Source of the DNA: Selaginella moellendorffii
Taxonomy: Eukaryota; Plantae; Lycopodiophyta
Direction of reading: 5' to 3'
DNA: 64,000 bases
NCBI RefSeq assembly: GCF_000143415.4
Contig: NW_003314277.1
Coordinates: 1,074,868 to 1,138,867, forward strand
Program-made: the position numbers and the translations under genes
Notes under the pieces: generated by a model
What the model was told of the DNA's origin: nothing
Database searches by the model: none
The model's input: the letters and a program-made list of their open reading frames with translations, nothing else
Shown here: positions 32,452-45,196 of the stretch, one piece after another
How positions within the stretch are numbered: the first letter of the stretch is position 1
Layout: every line of letters starts with the position of its first letter

Positions 32452-35400
32452 ATGAGCTCCCAGGTACCGCCGTATGGAGCCCCGATCCGGCCGGGCGGAT
32501 TCCCTCCACAGTATGGATCTATGCCGCTGCAAGCTCCCCCCGATGGATCCTTCATCCGGCCGCCACCGTATGGATCTGCGCCGCCACCGCCGCTGCCGGG
32601 ATCTCAAGCCGCTGCTCCTCCTCCCGGAGCTGGAGCTACGCCAGTGCCACAGTATGGCGCGTCGAATCAGCCGGGCATGGTAGGTTTTCGGCCACAGTAT
32701 GGCGGATCTCTGCGACCTCCGCCTCCATTCCAAGGTATGGCGCCGCCTTCTCGTCCATTCCAGGGCCCGGGAGTGGGATCAGGACAGGAAATTTCGAGCT
32801 TCCAGGCGAATTCAGGCATGCCGGCGCCATTCCAGAGCCAGTCGGCGTCGATCCAAGGGCCTCCCCAGTTCCAGGGCCCTCCTCCATCGTTCCAGAGCTC
32901 AATCCAGGGGCCTCCATCTTTCCAGAGCCACCCCTCCTCGATCCAGGGACAGCCGCCGCAGCCATTCCAGAGCCATCCTCAAGCTCCTCCACAGCCTCTA
33001 CAGATGCAAGGGCCTCCACTCCAGCCTCCACAGTTTCTAAGCCGGCCGCCAGGGCCTGGTTACTCGCAAATGCCGCCTCCTCCTGGCCAGAATTGGAGAC
33101 CCTCTGTGAGTATCGGGTTTTTTGGAGAAAGCTCTCTAATGCTTGTTTTCTCTGTTGCTAGATTGGAGATAATTTACAGCAGCCTGGCTCTCCCTCTACG
33201 ACTCCTTCGCAACGCATTGATCCATCTCAAATTCCCCGCCCTCAGCCCAGCTTCGCTACGTCCGTTTATGATACAGTTTCTAGCGGTCCAATTCCTCCGG
33301 TAAGCCTGCGAAACTCTTGTGTTCCTCCTTTTATAACTTTTTCCTTCGATGCAGTCTTCGACGAGTGATTTTTACGTGAGAGATGCCGGAAACTGTAGCC
33401 CAAGGATTATGCGAAGCACTCTTTATCAGGTAAGGTGGTAAACACTGGTGTTTCTGGCGTTCTGATTGTGAGAAACTTAGGTTCCATGCACCGCGGATTT
33501 GCTAAACACCTCGAAAATGCCTCTGGCTCTGATAATTCAGCCACTCGCCCTCCCTCACGTGAATGAAGAGCCTATCAAGGTACTCAAGAGAAGCAAAGAT
33601 TGTTGTTTTTGGTAGCTCAAATGCTTGGCAGGTTGTTGACTTTGGAGAAAGTGGGCCAGTTCGGTGCAATAGATGTAAAGCATACATTAATTCCTTTATG
33701 AAGTTTATCGACCAAGGACGCCGTTTTGTTTGCAATATTTGTGGTAAGATGTTTTCTATGCAAGCATGAAATCTAACGTGCTACATCAACAGGACACACA
33801 AACGAAACTCCGCGAGATTACGTTTGCAACCTCGGACCGGATGGACGAAGGAGAGACGCTGACGACAGGCCTGAACTCTCTCGTGGAACAGTCGAGTTCG
33901 TTGCAACCCAAGAGTATTTGGTACGTATTAGCAATATACAGACAGTCGTAAGAGTTAAAATAAATTTTGTAGCTTCGACCTCCAATGCCACCAGTGTTCT
34001 TCTTTCTGGTGGATGTCTCAGCTAATGCTATCAAGACGGGAGCGGCCGCCGCAGCTTGCAGTGCTATTCAGAGAGTTCTGGCGGATATTGCAGTAAGCTC
34101 GGTGCATAGTTTTTTGTGCTACTTGAATCATTCAAAATTTTGCTTTACGTTCAGGAAGGTCCTAGGACAATGGTTGGAGTTGCAACGTTTGATTCAACTA
34201 TACACTTCTACAATTTGAGTAAAGACCTGCAACAGGTTTAGATAATGTTCTTTTTTTATTCAAATCCTTCCTAAGTCGATATCGACAGCCATCCATGCTC
34301 GTAGTGCCAGACATACAAGACGTATATGTTCCAGTTGAAAACGGACTTGTGGTTCCTGTCGCTGAGGTTTGTAGTTGACCTTTCTAGTTTCTGTATTCAT
34401 CTTTGATGATTGAAGGGCCGCGAGCACATGGAAACTCTTTTGGAGAACATACCCAACATGTTTCATGACAACGTGGTTCAGGAATCAGCTCTTGGTGCAG
34501 CAATGAAGGTGCTTGGGCTTTAAGTTAGATACCTTGATACAAGGTGTTATTCTGTTGCAGGGGTCATTTCTGGCTTTGAAACCTACTGGGGGAAAGCTCT
34601 TAGTTTTCCAATCAGGTACTATGGACTAAAGCTTTTGTTTCGAACGTTCTTAAATGGGGTTTGCAGTTTTACCATCTATTGGCCTTGGAGCTTTAACCCC
34701 AAGGGAGGCGGAGGCGCGAGACAAATCTGCGGTATGGAGATTTACTTGTTTAGCATGTGACTCTATTGTTTTATTCTTAGGAAGCGCACAAGGTGTTACA
34801 ACCTGCAGATAAAACTTTGAAAGCCATGGCAGAGGAGTTTTCTTCGTCCCAGGTACCAAGCAACTAGGTTTGTCCCTGCAACATGTAAGCTTTCGATCAT
34901 GCAGGTTTGCGTGGACTTGTTTTTGACAACCCAAACATACGTCGATATAGCATCACTTTCAGTTGTGCCCATCACAACTGGAGGTCAAGTATGTTACTGT
35001 CAATCTCCTTACTTTTTGTCCGACTGACATCGTGTTCAGGCTTATTATTATTTTCCCTTCTCTGCTACCATGGATTCAGCTAAGTTGTATAATGATTTAC
35101 GATGGAACTTAACCAGGCCTCAAGGACTTGAAGCCGTGATGCGTGTGCGATGTAGTCAGGTAAAAGATATGAACTGGTTAGAACCTGTCTGAATCTCTCT
35201 TGTAGGGAATCAAAGTCCAGGACTACTTTGGCAGCTGTAAACGGGTTACCACTGATGTCGATCTTCCTGCGGTAATTGATCTACATGGAACTAAGCTCCT
35301 GTAATGCAGTGTGTTTTTCTAGATTGATTGTGATAAATCCATTCTGGTCACGTTCAAGCACGAAGACAAATTCCAAGAAGGAGCGGACTGTTGTTTTCAG

Positions 35401-36673
35401 GTGCGCTTGCATTTACATAATGCTATTGCCTGTTCTGACTATTGCCAAACTTGTCAATGCTTTTGTAGTCGGCGTTACTCTACACCACGGTCGATGGGCA
35501 TAGACGTATCAGAGTTAGTACACTATCACTTACTTGCACGAACGTTCTGAGCAACCTTTTCAAAGGCGCGGATCTAGATGCACAGTTCACTTATCTTTTG
35601 AAAACTGGTAAGTAATCTGTGTGATTTTCGTTCAAGGTTCTGAAATTGCCTTTGATACAGCTGCTCAAGGCGTGCCTGTCTCCCCTCTTTCGCAAGTTAG
35701 GGAGCAAACCATTGGACAGTGTGTTCAGAGCTTGTTTTCGTATAGAAAGTTTTGCGCAACTGCATCTTCTTCGGGCCAGCTTATCTTGCCCGAATGCCTT
35801 AAGCTGCTACCGCTATATACACTCGGTAAGTTTCGTGTCGTTTGTTTTTTTAACTTTTCACAATGTCGTTTCCTTCTTTACAGCTCTTACAAAGAGCGTG
35901 GGTCTCCGGCAAGATGTTCGTGTTGATGAAAGAGCTTACTGGCTTATGCGAGCTACAAGCATCTCGGCATCCCTCGCGATACCGTTGGTGTATCCCAGAC
36001 TATTTTCCGTCCACAACATACCAAAGGTACTAGTTATCTCTTTGGTACTCTGATTAAAGCGCGTTTTGCATAGCTGGACGAGTCGAGTCTACCACCGACG
36101 CTTCCTCTATCAAGCGAGAACCTGGACCCAGAAGGAATCTTTCTTTTGGAGACCGGTGAGGACGCTTTTCTATACGCAGGGAAGGCTGTCTCCTCTGAGC
36201 TGCTTCATCAACTCTTTGAAGTGCGGTCTGTGAACGAAGTGATTCCCGGACAGGTACTTCATTCCCTCGCTCGTATGACTCGTAATTTTCTTACTCTTGT
36301 TCTCTTTTGCAGTTTTTGTTGCAAGAGTACGATAACGAGCCATCAATTTTGCTGAACAAGATGGTGAACGAGATCCGTCGCCAACGCTGCTCTTACCTGC
36401 GGTATGTTTCGATAAAAAAAGCTCTCACTAGTCTTTCTAACGCGGATGCTTGCTATTCTAGGTTGCATTTGCTGAAGCGGGGAGATCCTTTAGGTGATCA
36501 AACACTCTCATTTTTTTTCTTTTTCGAGGCACTCTTGCTCATTCGGTTTTGTTACAGAGATGATGTTCCACTCCTTCATGATCGAGGACAAGAGCGGGCT
36601 GGGCTCGTCTTATGTGGAGTTCCTTGTCTACGTGCACAGGCAAATCCAGGTAAAAATGCAGTCTGGGAGCTGA
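32452..36673 (+). CDS. SEC24: COPII coat subunit Sec24C/D-like, many short introns
   Basis: Pro/Gln-rich N-terminus, GNCSPR, zinc finger [12 protein letters not shown]...[76 protein letters not shown] at 36671-36673. Confidence 0.96.
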
Positions 36674-37095
36674 GCTTATTAAAAGCGGAAGAAATTCATT
36701 CAATAACATTCCCCATTAGTCATGAATCTAAAAGATTCTCAAGCATAGCATTTGCAAGAATTATGTTTTGGCAAACCCATTTTACTCCAGACGTTGTAAA
36801 ACATTAATGTTTTTTACTACAATGAAAGCACAAATACCCAAAACGTCTGACTTCGCGCTTGACACGGTCGAAGATCTACATCCGTATCCGCGCGGCTTGA
36901 CATTTTACTTTTCAACGTCGAAAAAGTCAGCAAGTTATCCGGAACTATAACACGCTCTCCTGCACTATAGATCCTCCCACTCCATACTCAAGCACATCAA
37001 AGCTCACACTCAAGCTCCTCCAAGTTTCTCTAGCTTTCTCCGATCTCGTTCACAAGTCTGGGATCACATCAAAGCAAGAGGCGTTCTTAAAAAAG

Positions 37096-37323
37096 ATGGC
37101 GAGCAACAAGATGCTGCTGGCGATGCTTGTGGTGGTGCTCCTGGTGGGAGTTGACATTGGAGGAATTGCAAGTGCGAGCACCCAGGGGCGATGCAAGCCG
37201 GGGTGGCACTGGGATGGGAAGAAGTGCGTCTATTGCCAGCCAAACTGGTACTGGTACAACAATTCTTGCCACCGCTGCAAGATGGGCTCGCACTGGACTG
37301 GAAGTTCCTGCAAGAAGAACTGA
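37096..37323 (+). CDS. Secreted Cys/Trp-rich repeat peptide, type A copy 1 (3 repeats, 75 aa)
   Basis: Signal peptide MASNKMLLAMLVVVLLVGVDIGGIASA followed by three C-x3-W-x-W-x4-C units (one W replaced by S). Intact and intronless. Confidence 0.85.
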   Translation: MASNKMLLAMLVVVLLVGVDIGGIASASTQGRCKPGWHWDGKKCVYCQPNWYWYNNSCHRCKMGSHWTGSSCKKN

Positions 37324-37767
37324 AGTTGCCTATCAAGATCCAAGCTTATGTAATATGTCAACGACAATAAATATTGTGGTTGTGCTGTTTCTTGTGATAA
37401 CCTTTTGGTGAATAAAATGTGTGTGCTTTTCTTTCCATGACATCCCATTCTAAGGCTCGGTTTCCTCATCCAGAATCCGCTTGACGAGAGACTTGCTGCC
37501 AATTTCACTTTTAGTTTCTAGCAACTCGAGCAGCAAGATTATCGAAATACCGAAGTCTTGCGCTGCTGAGTTTCATACTCGAGACAAGAGATGAGAGAGA
37601 AATGTGAATCATGCCTCTTAGTTTGGCCACAAGTGGACTTTAAGAAATTACGGTTCGTAAATTTCTTGCAGTTTCTAGCTATTTACTTTTAAAAATATTA
37701 TCATATTTTTTAATGCATTGTCTTTTGATGATTTCACGGGACTTAAATAGAGACTGTTTCATCTGGA

Positions 37768-37870
37768 TTGACCCCGTCAATCAAGCACAAACACGACATG
37801 TCGTGCCGGAGACGCAGTAAAAACCGTGTGCATAGCTACTCAGCCTCAAATCCTCCATATAAATTGGTCC
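37768..37870 (+). promoter_or_regulatory. Type B promoter module: inverted W-box pair, 14-bp palindrome and TATA box
   Basis: TTGACCCCGTCAA (37768-37780), CACGACATGTCGTG (37792-37805) and catataaatt. The module recurs before every tandem B copy (39535, 44671, 46486, 48521). Confidence 0.65.
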
Positions 37871-37964
37871 CACATTGGCAACACCATAACACAGCAAAGC
37901 ATTTAATCAAGAGAAAGAAGAGATACAAGAAAAGCAATCAGTTTGCATTTCTATTGACGATACA

Positions 37965-38280
37965 ATGGCGAGCAAGTCACAGCTGATGCTTCTGGCCACG
38001 TTTGACAATCCTCCTGGTTGGAGTGGACGTTGGTGGAATCGAAAGCGCAGCAGCCCAGCAGAAATGCAAATCTGGCTGGAACTAGGACGGCCACAAGTGC
38101 ATCCAGTGTCCCAAAGGCTGGTACTGGTATAGCAACGATTGCCACCAATGTCTCTCCGGTTGGAAGTGGAGTGGAAGCAAATGCGTGAGTTGCCCGAGCA
38201 GCTGGTACTGGTACAACAACAAGTGCCACCAATGCCAATTTGGCTGGAAATGGAGCAAGGACCATTGCATCAAGAACTGA
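37965..38280 (+). pseudogene. Cys/Trp peptide type B copy 1 (pseudogene)
   Basis: Homologous to 46680-46997. A 2-nt deletion in the signal peptide and TGG>TAG at 38083-38085. Confidence 0.88.
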
Positions 38281-38421
38281 CCAAGTTGGAATCCAATATT
38301 TGATGGATCGTCACAAAATAATTGTCCCATGTCCATTTGGTTATGAAAGTATATGAAAGATGTGAGCTCGAACTCCCGACCCCAGCTTTCTTTCTTTCTA
38401 ACCTTTATTTATCCTGCGGCT

Positions 38422-38670
38422 GCATTCTACGACTGATTTTTACTTTCAGCCAAGATACTCCACGAACACAAAAGAAGGCTTTAGTACAAGAGAAGCTACC
38501 AGAGAAGTGTCTATGTCATCTTTTCGACATTGTTTGAGGTAAACTTCAAGAAAAGTTTACGTGAATTTTCTAGTTCACTTGGTTTCCATCCTTCCCCACA
38601 GGATTGTGTTGTCTCAAATGCGGACCAAATCTGGATCAATCGGTACCCAGTCCAAGCCAAGGCCGCATTG
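38422..38670 (+). pseudogene. Pectin methylesterase exon/intron fragment
   Basis: Matches 50102-50366 (gcattctacgactg, cagccaagatac, tacaagagaagctac, cattgtttgaggtaaactt, aaatctggatc, cagtccaag). Further copies at 45353-45598 and ~47206-47340. Confidence 0.85.
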
Positions 38671-38862
38671 TATCACAGCTTCACATTTGATTTTTTAACG
38701 TAGATATTGTCAATGAGTAGCCCTGAACTAACTTGGAGAAGCTTGAAGTGTTGGATGGGAGGATTTACAGTTCTAGGCTGTGACCACGTCTTATAGGATT
38801 AGCACTCAAAGTTTCTTATCGTTTGCAAGTCGAGACAGAGGCAAGAGGAGAGCTTTAAGAAA

Positions 38863-39136
38863 ATGGCGAGCAACAAGAAGAGCGTGAGGCGGTGCTCCTG
38901 GTGGGAGGCATTGCAAATGCAAGCGCCCTGACGTGGGAATGCAAGTCGGGTTGGCACTGGGATACGATTAGGAAGACGTGCGTCTCTGGTACAACAATTC
39001 CTGCCACCGATGCCCGGAGTACTGGTTCTGGTATACCAGTTCTTGCCACCGTTGCTCTGTTGGCACTGGTATGACATCGGTTGCCACCGATGCGAAAAGG
39101 GGCTGGCGCTGGACTGGAAGGTTCTGTAAGAACTGA
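38863..39136 (+). pseudogene. Cys/Trp peptide type A copy 2 (pseudogene)
   Basis: Starts atggcgagcaacaag and ends tgtaagaactga. Multiple frameshifts and internal deletions. Confidence 0.82.
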
Positions 39137-39697
39137 ATTGCCCATCATTTCCATGCTGAAACGTGTATAAAGCCAATTGTAATAACCTTTTGGTAAATAA
39201 ACTGTGTCGTCCATTCTACGGTAGCGGAAGTCCCATTTCCTCGGCAGGATCGGAAGAGATTTCATCCTGCCTTGCTGCTTGAGTTTCATTTTCTAATATT
39301 TCATAAAGTTTTTTTGGAATGTTTAGAAGCTTGGAGGCCTTTTCTCCACCATATCAATAAGTGCGTTCACTTTTGAAAACATTATCATATTTTTTAATGC
39401 ATATGAGGCAATTCATATAAAATAGTGATTGATCGCAACGAGATAGATAGATAGATAAACATACCGGGATATTTTTGATAATTTCACAAGGAAACTCGAG
39501 GTTGTTCATCTGGATAAAGTCGTACACTTGTTTCTTGACCACGTCAATCAAGCACAAACACGACATATCGTGCCCGAGAAGCAGTAAAAACCGTGTACAT
39601 AGCAGTGTTAGCCTCAAATCCTCCATATAAATTGGCACCATAATACAGCAAAGCAAAGAAGGGATACAAAAAAAAAATTAGTTTACATTTCTAGATC

Positions 39698-39821
39698 AGA
39701 TGGAAGTGGAGTGGAAGCAAATGCGTGAGTTGCCCAAGAAACTGGTACTGGTACAACAAGAAGTGCCACCAATGCCAGTTTGGCTGGAAATGGAGCAAAG
39801 GACCATTGCATCAAGAACTAA
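39698..39821 (+). pseudogene. Cys/Trp peptide type B copy 2 (5'-deleted fragment)
   Basis: Only the last ~2.5 repeats remain (WKWSGSKCVSCPRNWYWYNKKCHQCQFGWKWSK). The B promoter is still present upstream. Confidence 0.82.
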
Positions 39822-39890
39822 CCAAATTGGAGGCACAAAATGAATTGTGATTTTAAATCTGATTTAAATACAAACTTATTGGGAGAAACA

Positions 39891-39924
39891 TGGGGTGAGA
39901 GAGGCTCGAACTCTCTACCTCAGG
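39891..39924 (-). pseudogene. 3' half of tRNA-Met (duplicated fragment)
   Basis: tggggtgagagaggctcgaactctctacctcagg matches 49123-49156. Another copy lies at 47079-47110, with more decayed traces at ~38362-38383 and ~45278-45300. Confidence 0.85.
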
Positions 39925-40578
39925 TAGAATCAAAGGGCTAATGGAGCATTGGTTAAAAAAAGAGGAAGTTATGGTGTGCAATTTAGCGGATGATCATATG
40001 CAAAAATTGACATGTTGTCTTCCAATTCGTCTATAATTTTATGGCCATAATATGCCCATCGGATGGCCATGGCATGTTTCCATTATCACTCCATACACTC
40101 ATTAGCATAACTTTGATTTGTTAACTTAGGGTTGGTAGCTTGTCCTGGTCCTTAATGTTGCTGCCCAAGACAGGATTCAACTGGCATGGTAGATGAGTTT
40201 TTCTGGTAGGAGGTGAAATTTATTTCTTGTTTGTAGATCATTTGTTTTTTTCGGTTGCAGTGTCAAAATTGTTTGGCCTAAAGTATTTCCTAATGGTGTG
40301 TGTGAAACCACCTGATTTATGGCTTTAAATTATCCATTGTTATACTAATTGTGTACTAAATTTGTACAGTCGCAAGGCTTTGGAAATCTAATTAATTTTG
40401 TTACTTGAATTCTCTAGACTAAAACTACTAGTTACCTTGCAACTTACCTTGGAATTTCAAAACCAATGCTGTACAAGTACATGAGGCTTATTGATCCCAA
40501 TTGGAGGCATGTATATAACATGATGCCATCAAGAGAGGTATTGAATATTATCCAAGCTAATATTTCTATGAATCATGT

Positions 40579-41229
40579 TGTCACAAATTGGGGGATTATC
40601 AACTCCTGCTTAGGCTATAGAATTGCAAGATATTGATTTAGTCGACGCCAAATAGGAGCCAAACTAATATTTTAAATGATCGAACATATATTCCAACCAC
40701 TATCCCTACTATACATTTGGAACCCCCCCTCCCTCCCCCTGGAGAACACATGCTTTAGGCTTTCACCCCTAGCCTCCCTTAGTACCAATAGTTAATTTTT
40801 AGGATAAACTTAAAACTTATTATTTATGGAATGGCATTAGATTGCGTATTTGGACACAGGACCAACACTATCGTGTTTAAGACAATCTTTACATTCCGTA
40901 AATATGCCAAATTAGTAAATCAAGGCACATTCCATAAATAATAATGGACTAAACGTTAGGACATGATAGCGAGTGTGTTTGGTAGACATAGTAAGCTATC
41001 ATTTAGCAATATTGAGGGACTAATCTCAATATACAGAGGTTCTTGTCACTAGCCAGTGCAAGTTATAACGAGACGGGAAATCCTTACCAAGCACAAAAGG
41101 GGCTACTAAAGGGATCCAACTGTACTGACCTTTTGCTGTTATGGCAGTGAAGAAAGAGTGTCTATAAGGACTAGCTAATAAGTATCTTTCGACACCCGAA
41201 ATCACGTTTGTGACACTCTCCCCCCTTAG
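40579..41229 (-). mobile_element. 3' LTR (637 bp) with adjacent polypurine tract, from a third LTR family
   Basis: Perfect 9-bp terminal inverted repeat TGTCACAAA (40579) ... TTTGTGACA (41215). ctctccccccttag at 41216-41229 reads as the PPT AAGGGGGGAGAG directly before the LTR on the minus strand. Confidence 0.75.
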
Positions 41230-41366
41230 GGAAGATCAATGTCCTCATTGATGCATACCTGAGTTTAGCAAATTGTCAAGGAAATAACTCTGAAAGTTAA
41301 TAGAAAGCATATTATGTAGGAAACACATTGACTTAAATGAGTGATGGAACTACCTCTCCTCTACAT

Positions 41367-42560
41367 TGTAAGAAACTAAATTTTCTATTTTATTTTAGTC
41401 ACTTAACCACATCTTTGACCATTTGGAGGAGTCTTGCTCACAACTTCTATAAGTCATATTCTTGACTTGGGACATACTAGCACCATAAATGGCATTTATG
41501 CCACTTAGCCTTTACATTTGGTCCAAATGCTCCACATGTTTAATCCCATGATCAACACTCAAAGGTACTACTAACATATCAACCTGTTACACTAAGGTCA
41601 TGTTCATTCACCCTTATCACATTAATAGTCCAAGACCATCTACATCACAGTCCCATCTCTCAAAAATTAAGTTATTCGCCCATGAGTGGTCATCCCTTGA
41701 CCACACTTTAACCCTTAGAATGCTTGGAAACATGGGGAACACCCTTCCTCAATATCCCTTTTTTAGTCCCTACCAAGTCCTTCTTTATTCACGGCCATAT
41801 TTGCCAACACTGCCATTGGGTCAAGGCCCAAAGGCTCAGACTACTAAGTCGCATTGTCCTTTAGGACTTCCTCACCATGTGATTGTATTTAATCACTATA
41901 TTAGAGGATTATTCCTCTTTCTTTCCACAGTCTGGGACTTTGGGATAACATTTCGAAACACTATAACTTTATGCAAGCCTCGTGTACTTTCCCCACCTTC
42001 TGCCTTTAAATGCCCTAGCCATGTGGTTAGAGCGAGGTTCTGAGTATCTAAGTAGGTAGTGCCACCCACACTTGGATTGGGAGCATTGACCATTTAATCT
42101 CCGAAAGGAGCTAAAACTAGCTCTTAAACACTTTACCAAGCTACCCTACTTTTCTATTTGTATCACCCATTATATGGGTATAGCCTTCTTTGGTCACACT
42201 AGCATTTCTTGGCCAAATTGGCACCACTAGAATCTTCCCTTTACTATACTTTTGGAGCTCACCAAACCCTCTAGGGTTTAGGAAATAAACACTTTGGGCT
42301 TTCACCCTTGGACTACTCAAACTCGGATTTGAATTTGAATTCGGACTCCTTCTCAAACTCGGACTTGGACTCCATCTCAAACTCGGACTTGGACTCCATC
42401 TCAAACTCCATCTCATACACTTCCACATGTCATGTGTTAATCCTCTTGTGTCCCTTTTCTAAAAACTCACTTACTATTTGCTTTATGCTCGTTCCTTATA
42501 GAAGTTTCACTCCTACTCTCAACTATTTAAGTCAAAGCTTTTAATCTAAACATGTTACAT
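41367..42560 (-). mobile_element. LTR-derived remnant of the same family as 3692-4552; ends approximate
   Basis: 41655-42315 aligns with 3700-4410 and is followed by a ctcgga-type hexamer array. Possible tgtaa (41367) / ttaca (42559) termini; no target-site duplication confirmed. Confidence 0.6.
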
Positions 42561-42574
42561 TTGTTTGGCTTCTA

Positions 42575-43394
42575 CTACTCAAGGTGTGCCTATCTCCCCT
42601 CTTTCTCAAGTTAGAAAGCAAACCATTGGATAGTGTGTTCAAAGCTTGTTTTCATATAGAAAGTTTTGCGCAAATTGCATCTTCTTTGGGCCAGCTTATC
42701 TTGCCCGAATGCCTTAAGCTGCTACCGCTATATACACTCAGTAAGTTTCATGTTGTTATTTTTTTTAACTTTTCACAATCTCGTTTCCTTCTTTACAGCT
42801 CTTACAAAGAGCGTGGGTCTCCGGCAAGATGCTCGTGTTGATGAAAGGGCTTACTGGCTTATGCGAGCTACAAGTATCTCGGCATCCCTCGGGATACCGT
42901 TGGTGTATCCCAGAAAATTTTCCGTCCACAACATACCAAAGGTACTAGTTATCTCTTTGGTACTCTGATTAAGGTGCGTTTTGCATAGCTGGACGAGTTG
43001 AGTCTACCAACTCGTAATTTCTTACTCTTGTTCTCTTTTGCAGTTTTTGTTGCAAGAGTACGATAACGAGCCATCAATTTTGCTGAACAAGATGGTGAAC
43101 GAGATCCGTCGCCAAAGCTGCTCTTACCTGCGGTATGTTTCGATAAAAAAAACTCTCACTAGTCTTTCTAATGCGGATGCTTGCTATTCTAGGTTGCATT
43201 TGCTGAAGCGGGTAGGTGATCAAACACACTCATTTTTTTCTTTTTCGAGGCACTCTTGCTCATTCGGTTTTGTTACAGAGATGATGTTCCACTCCTTCAT
43301 AATCGAGGACAAGAGCGGGCTGGGCTCGTCTTATGTGGAGTTCCTTGTCTACGTGCACAGGCAAATCCAGGTGAAAATGCAGCCTGGGAGCTGA
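42575..43394 (+). pseudogene. Duplicated 3' part of Sec24 (truncated, internally deleted)
   Basis: Near-identical to 35661-36673 but lacks ~36095-36277 and all upstream exons. It begins the segmental duplication 35661-39925 / 42575-47110. Confidence 0.92.
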
Positions 43395-43816
43395 GGTCAC
43401 TAAAAGCGGAAGAAATTCATTCAATAACATTCTCCATTAGTCATGAATCTAAATGATTCTCAAGCATAGTATTTGCAAGAATTATGTTTTGGCAAACCCA
43501 TTTTACTCCAGACGTTGTAAAACATTAATGTTTTTTACTACAATGAAAGCACAAATATCCAAAACGTCTGACTTTGCGCCTGACACGGTCGAAGGGTTAC
43601 ATCTGTATCCGCACGGCTTCACATTTTACTTTTCAACGTCGAAAAAGTCAGCGAGTCATCTGGAACTATAACACGCTCTCCTGCACTATAAATCCTCCCA
43701 CCCCATACTCAAGCACATCAAAGCTCACACTCAAGCTTCTCCAAGTTTCTCTAACTTTCTCCGATCTCGTTCACAAGTCTGGGATCACATCAAAGCAAGA
43801 GGCGTTCTTAAAAAAG

Positions 43817-44170
43817 ATGGCGAGCAACAAGATGCTGCTGGCGATGCTTGTGGTGGTGCTCCTGGTGGGAGTTGACATTGGAGGAATTGCAAGTGCGAGC
43901 GCCCAGGGGCGATGCAAGCCGGGGTGGCACTGGGATGGGAAGAAGTGCGTCTCTTGCCTGCCAAGCTGGTACTGGTACAACAATTCTTGCCACCGATGCC
44001 CGCACAACTGGTACTGGTACTCGGGTTCTTGCCACCGCTGCCCGATTAACTGGTACTGGTACTCGGGTTCTTGCCACCGCTGCCCGATCAACTGGTACTG
44101 GTATGGCAACTCTTGCCACCACTGCCAGATGGGCTGGCGCTGGACCGGAAGTTTCTGCAAGAAGAACTGA
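43817..44170 (+). CDS. Secreted Cys/Trp-rich repeat peptide, type A copy 3 (6 repeats, 117 aa)
   Basis: ATG at 43817. Signal peptide, then CKPGWHWDGKKCVS CLPSWYWYNNSCHR CPHNWYWYSGSCHR CPINWYWYSGSCHR CPINWYWYGNSCHH CQMGWRWTGSFCKKN. TATAAAT at 43687. Confidence 0.88.
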   Translation: MASNKMLLAMLVVVLLVGVDIGGIASASAQGRCKPGWHWDGKKCVSCLPSWYWYNNSCHRCPHNWYWYSGSCHRCPINWYWYSGSCHRCPINWYWYGNSCHHCQMGWRWTGSFCKKN

Positions 44171-44878
44171 AGTTGCCCATCAAGATCCAAGCTCATGTAA
44201 TATGTCAACGACAATAAATATTGTGGTTGTGCTGTTTCTTGTGATAACCTTTTGGTGAATAAAATGTGTGTGCTTTTCTTTCCATGACATCCCATTCTAA
44301 GGCTCGGTTTCCTCATCCAGAATCTGCTTGACGAGAGACTTGCTGCCAGTTTCACTTTTAGTTTCTAGCAACTCGAGCAGCAAGATTATCGAAATACCGA
44401 AGTCTTGCACTGCTGAGTTTCATACTCTGAGGAAACAAGAGATGAGAGAGAAATGTGAATTAAAGTCGTAGTTTAGCCAGTTTAGTTTAGTTTACTTTTT
44501 CTTAGTTCTTGCTTCTGAGTGGACTTTAAATACCCATCAAGAAATTACGGTTCGTACAAATGTTATCATATTTTTTAATGCATATGTATCAGTTAGCAAC
44601 TCAGGTAAAACAAAAATCCATTATCTTTTGATGATTTCACGGGACTTAAATAGAGACTATTTCATTTGGATTGACCCCGTCAATCAAGCACAAACACGAC
44701 ATGTCGTGCCGGAGACGCGGTAAAAACCGTGTGCATAGCTGTCTTACTTGGACTCAGCCTCAAATCCTCCATATAAATTGGTCCCACATTGGCAACACCA
44801 TAACCCAGCAAAGCATTTAATCAAGAGAAAGAAGAGATACAAGAAAAGCAATCAGTTTGCATTTCTATTGACGATACA

Positions 44879-45196
44879 ATGGCGAGCAAGTCCCAGCTGA
44901 TGCTTCTGGCCATGTTTGTGACAATTCTCCTGGTTGGAGTGGACGTTGGTGGAATCCCAAGCGCAGCAGCCCAGCAGAAATGCAAATCTGGCTGGAACTA
45001 GGACGGCCACAAGTGCATCCAGTGTCCCAAAGGGTGGTACTGGTATAGCAACGATTGCCACCAATGTCTCTACGGTTGGAAGTGGAGTGGAAACAAATGC
45101 GTGAGTTGCCCGAGCAACTGGTACTGGTACAACAACAAGTGCCACCAATGCCAATTTGGCTGGAAATGGAGCAAGGACCACTGCATCAAGACCTGA
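44879..45196 (+). pseudogene. Cys/Trp peptide type B copy 3 (single nonsense codon)
   Basis: Full 318-nt frame with TAG at 44999-45001, the same lesion as in B copy 1. Confidence 0.88.
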
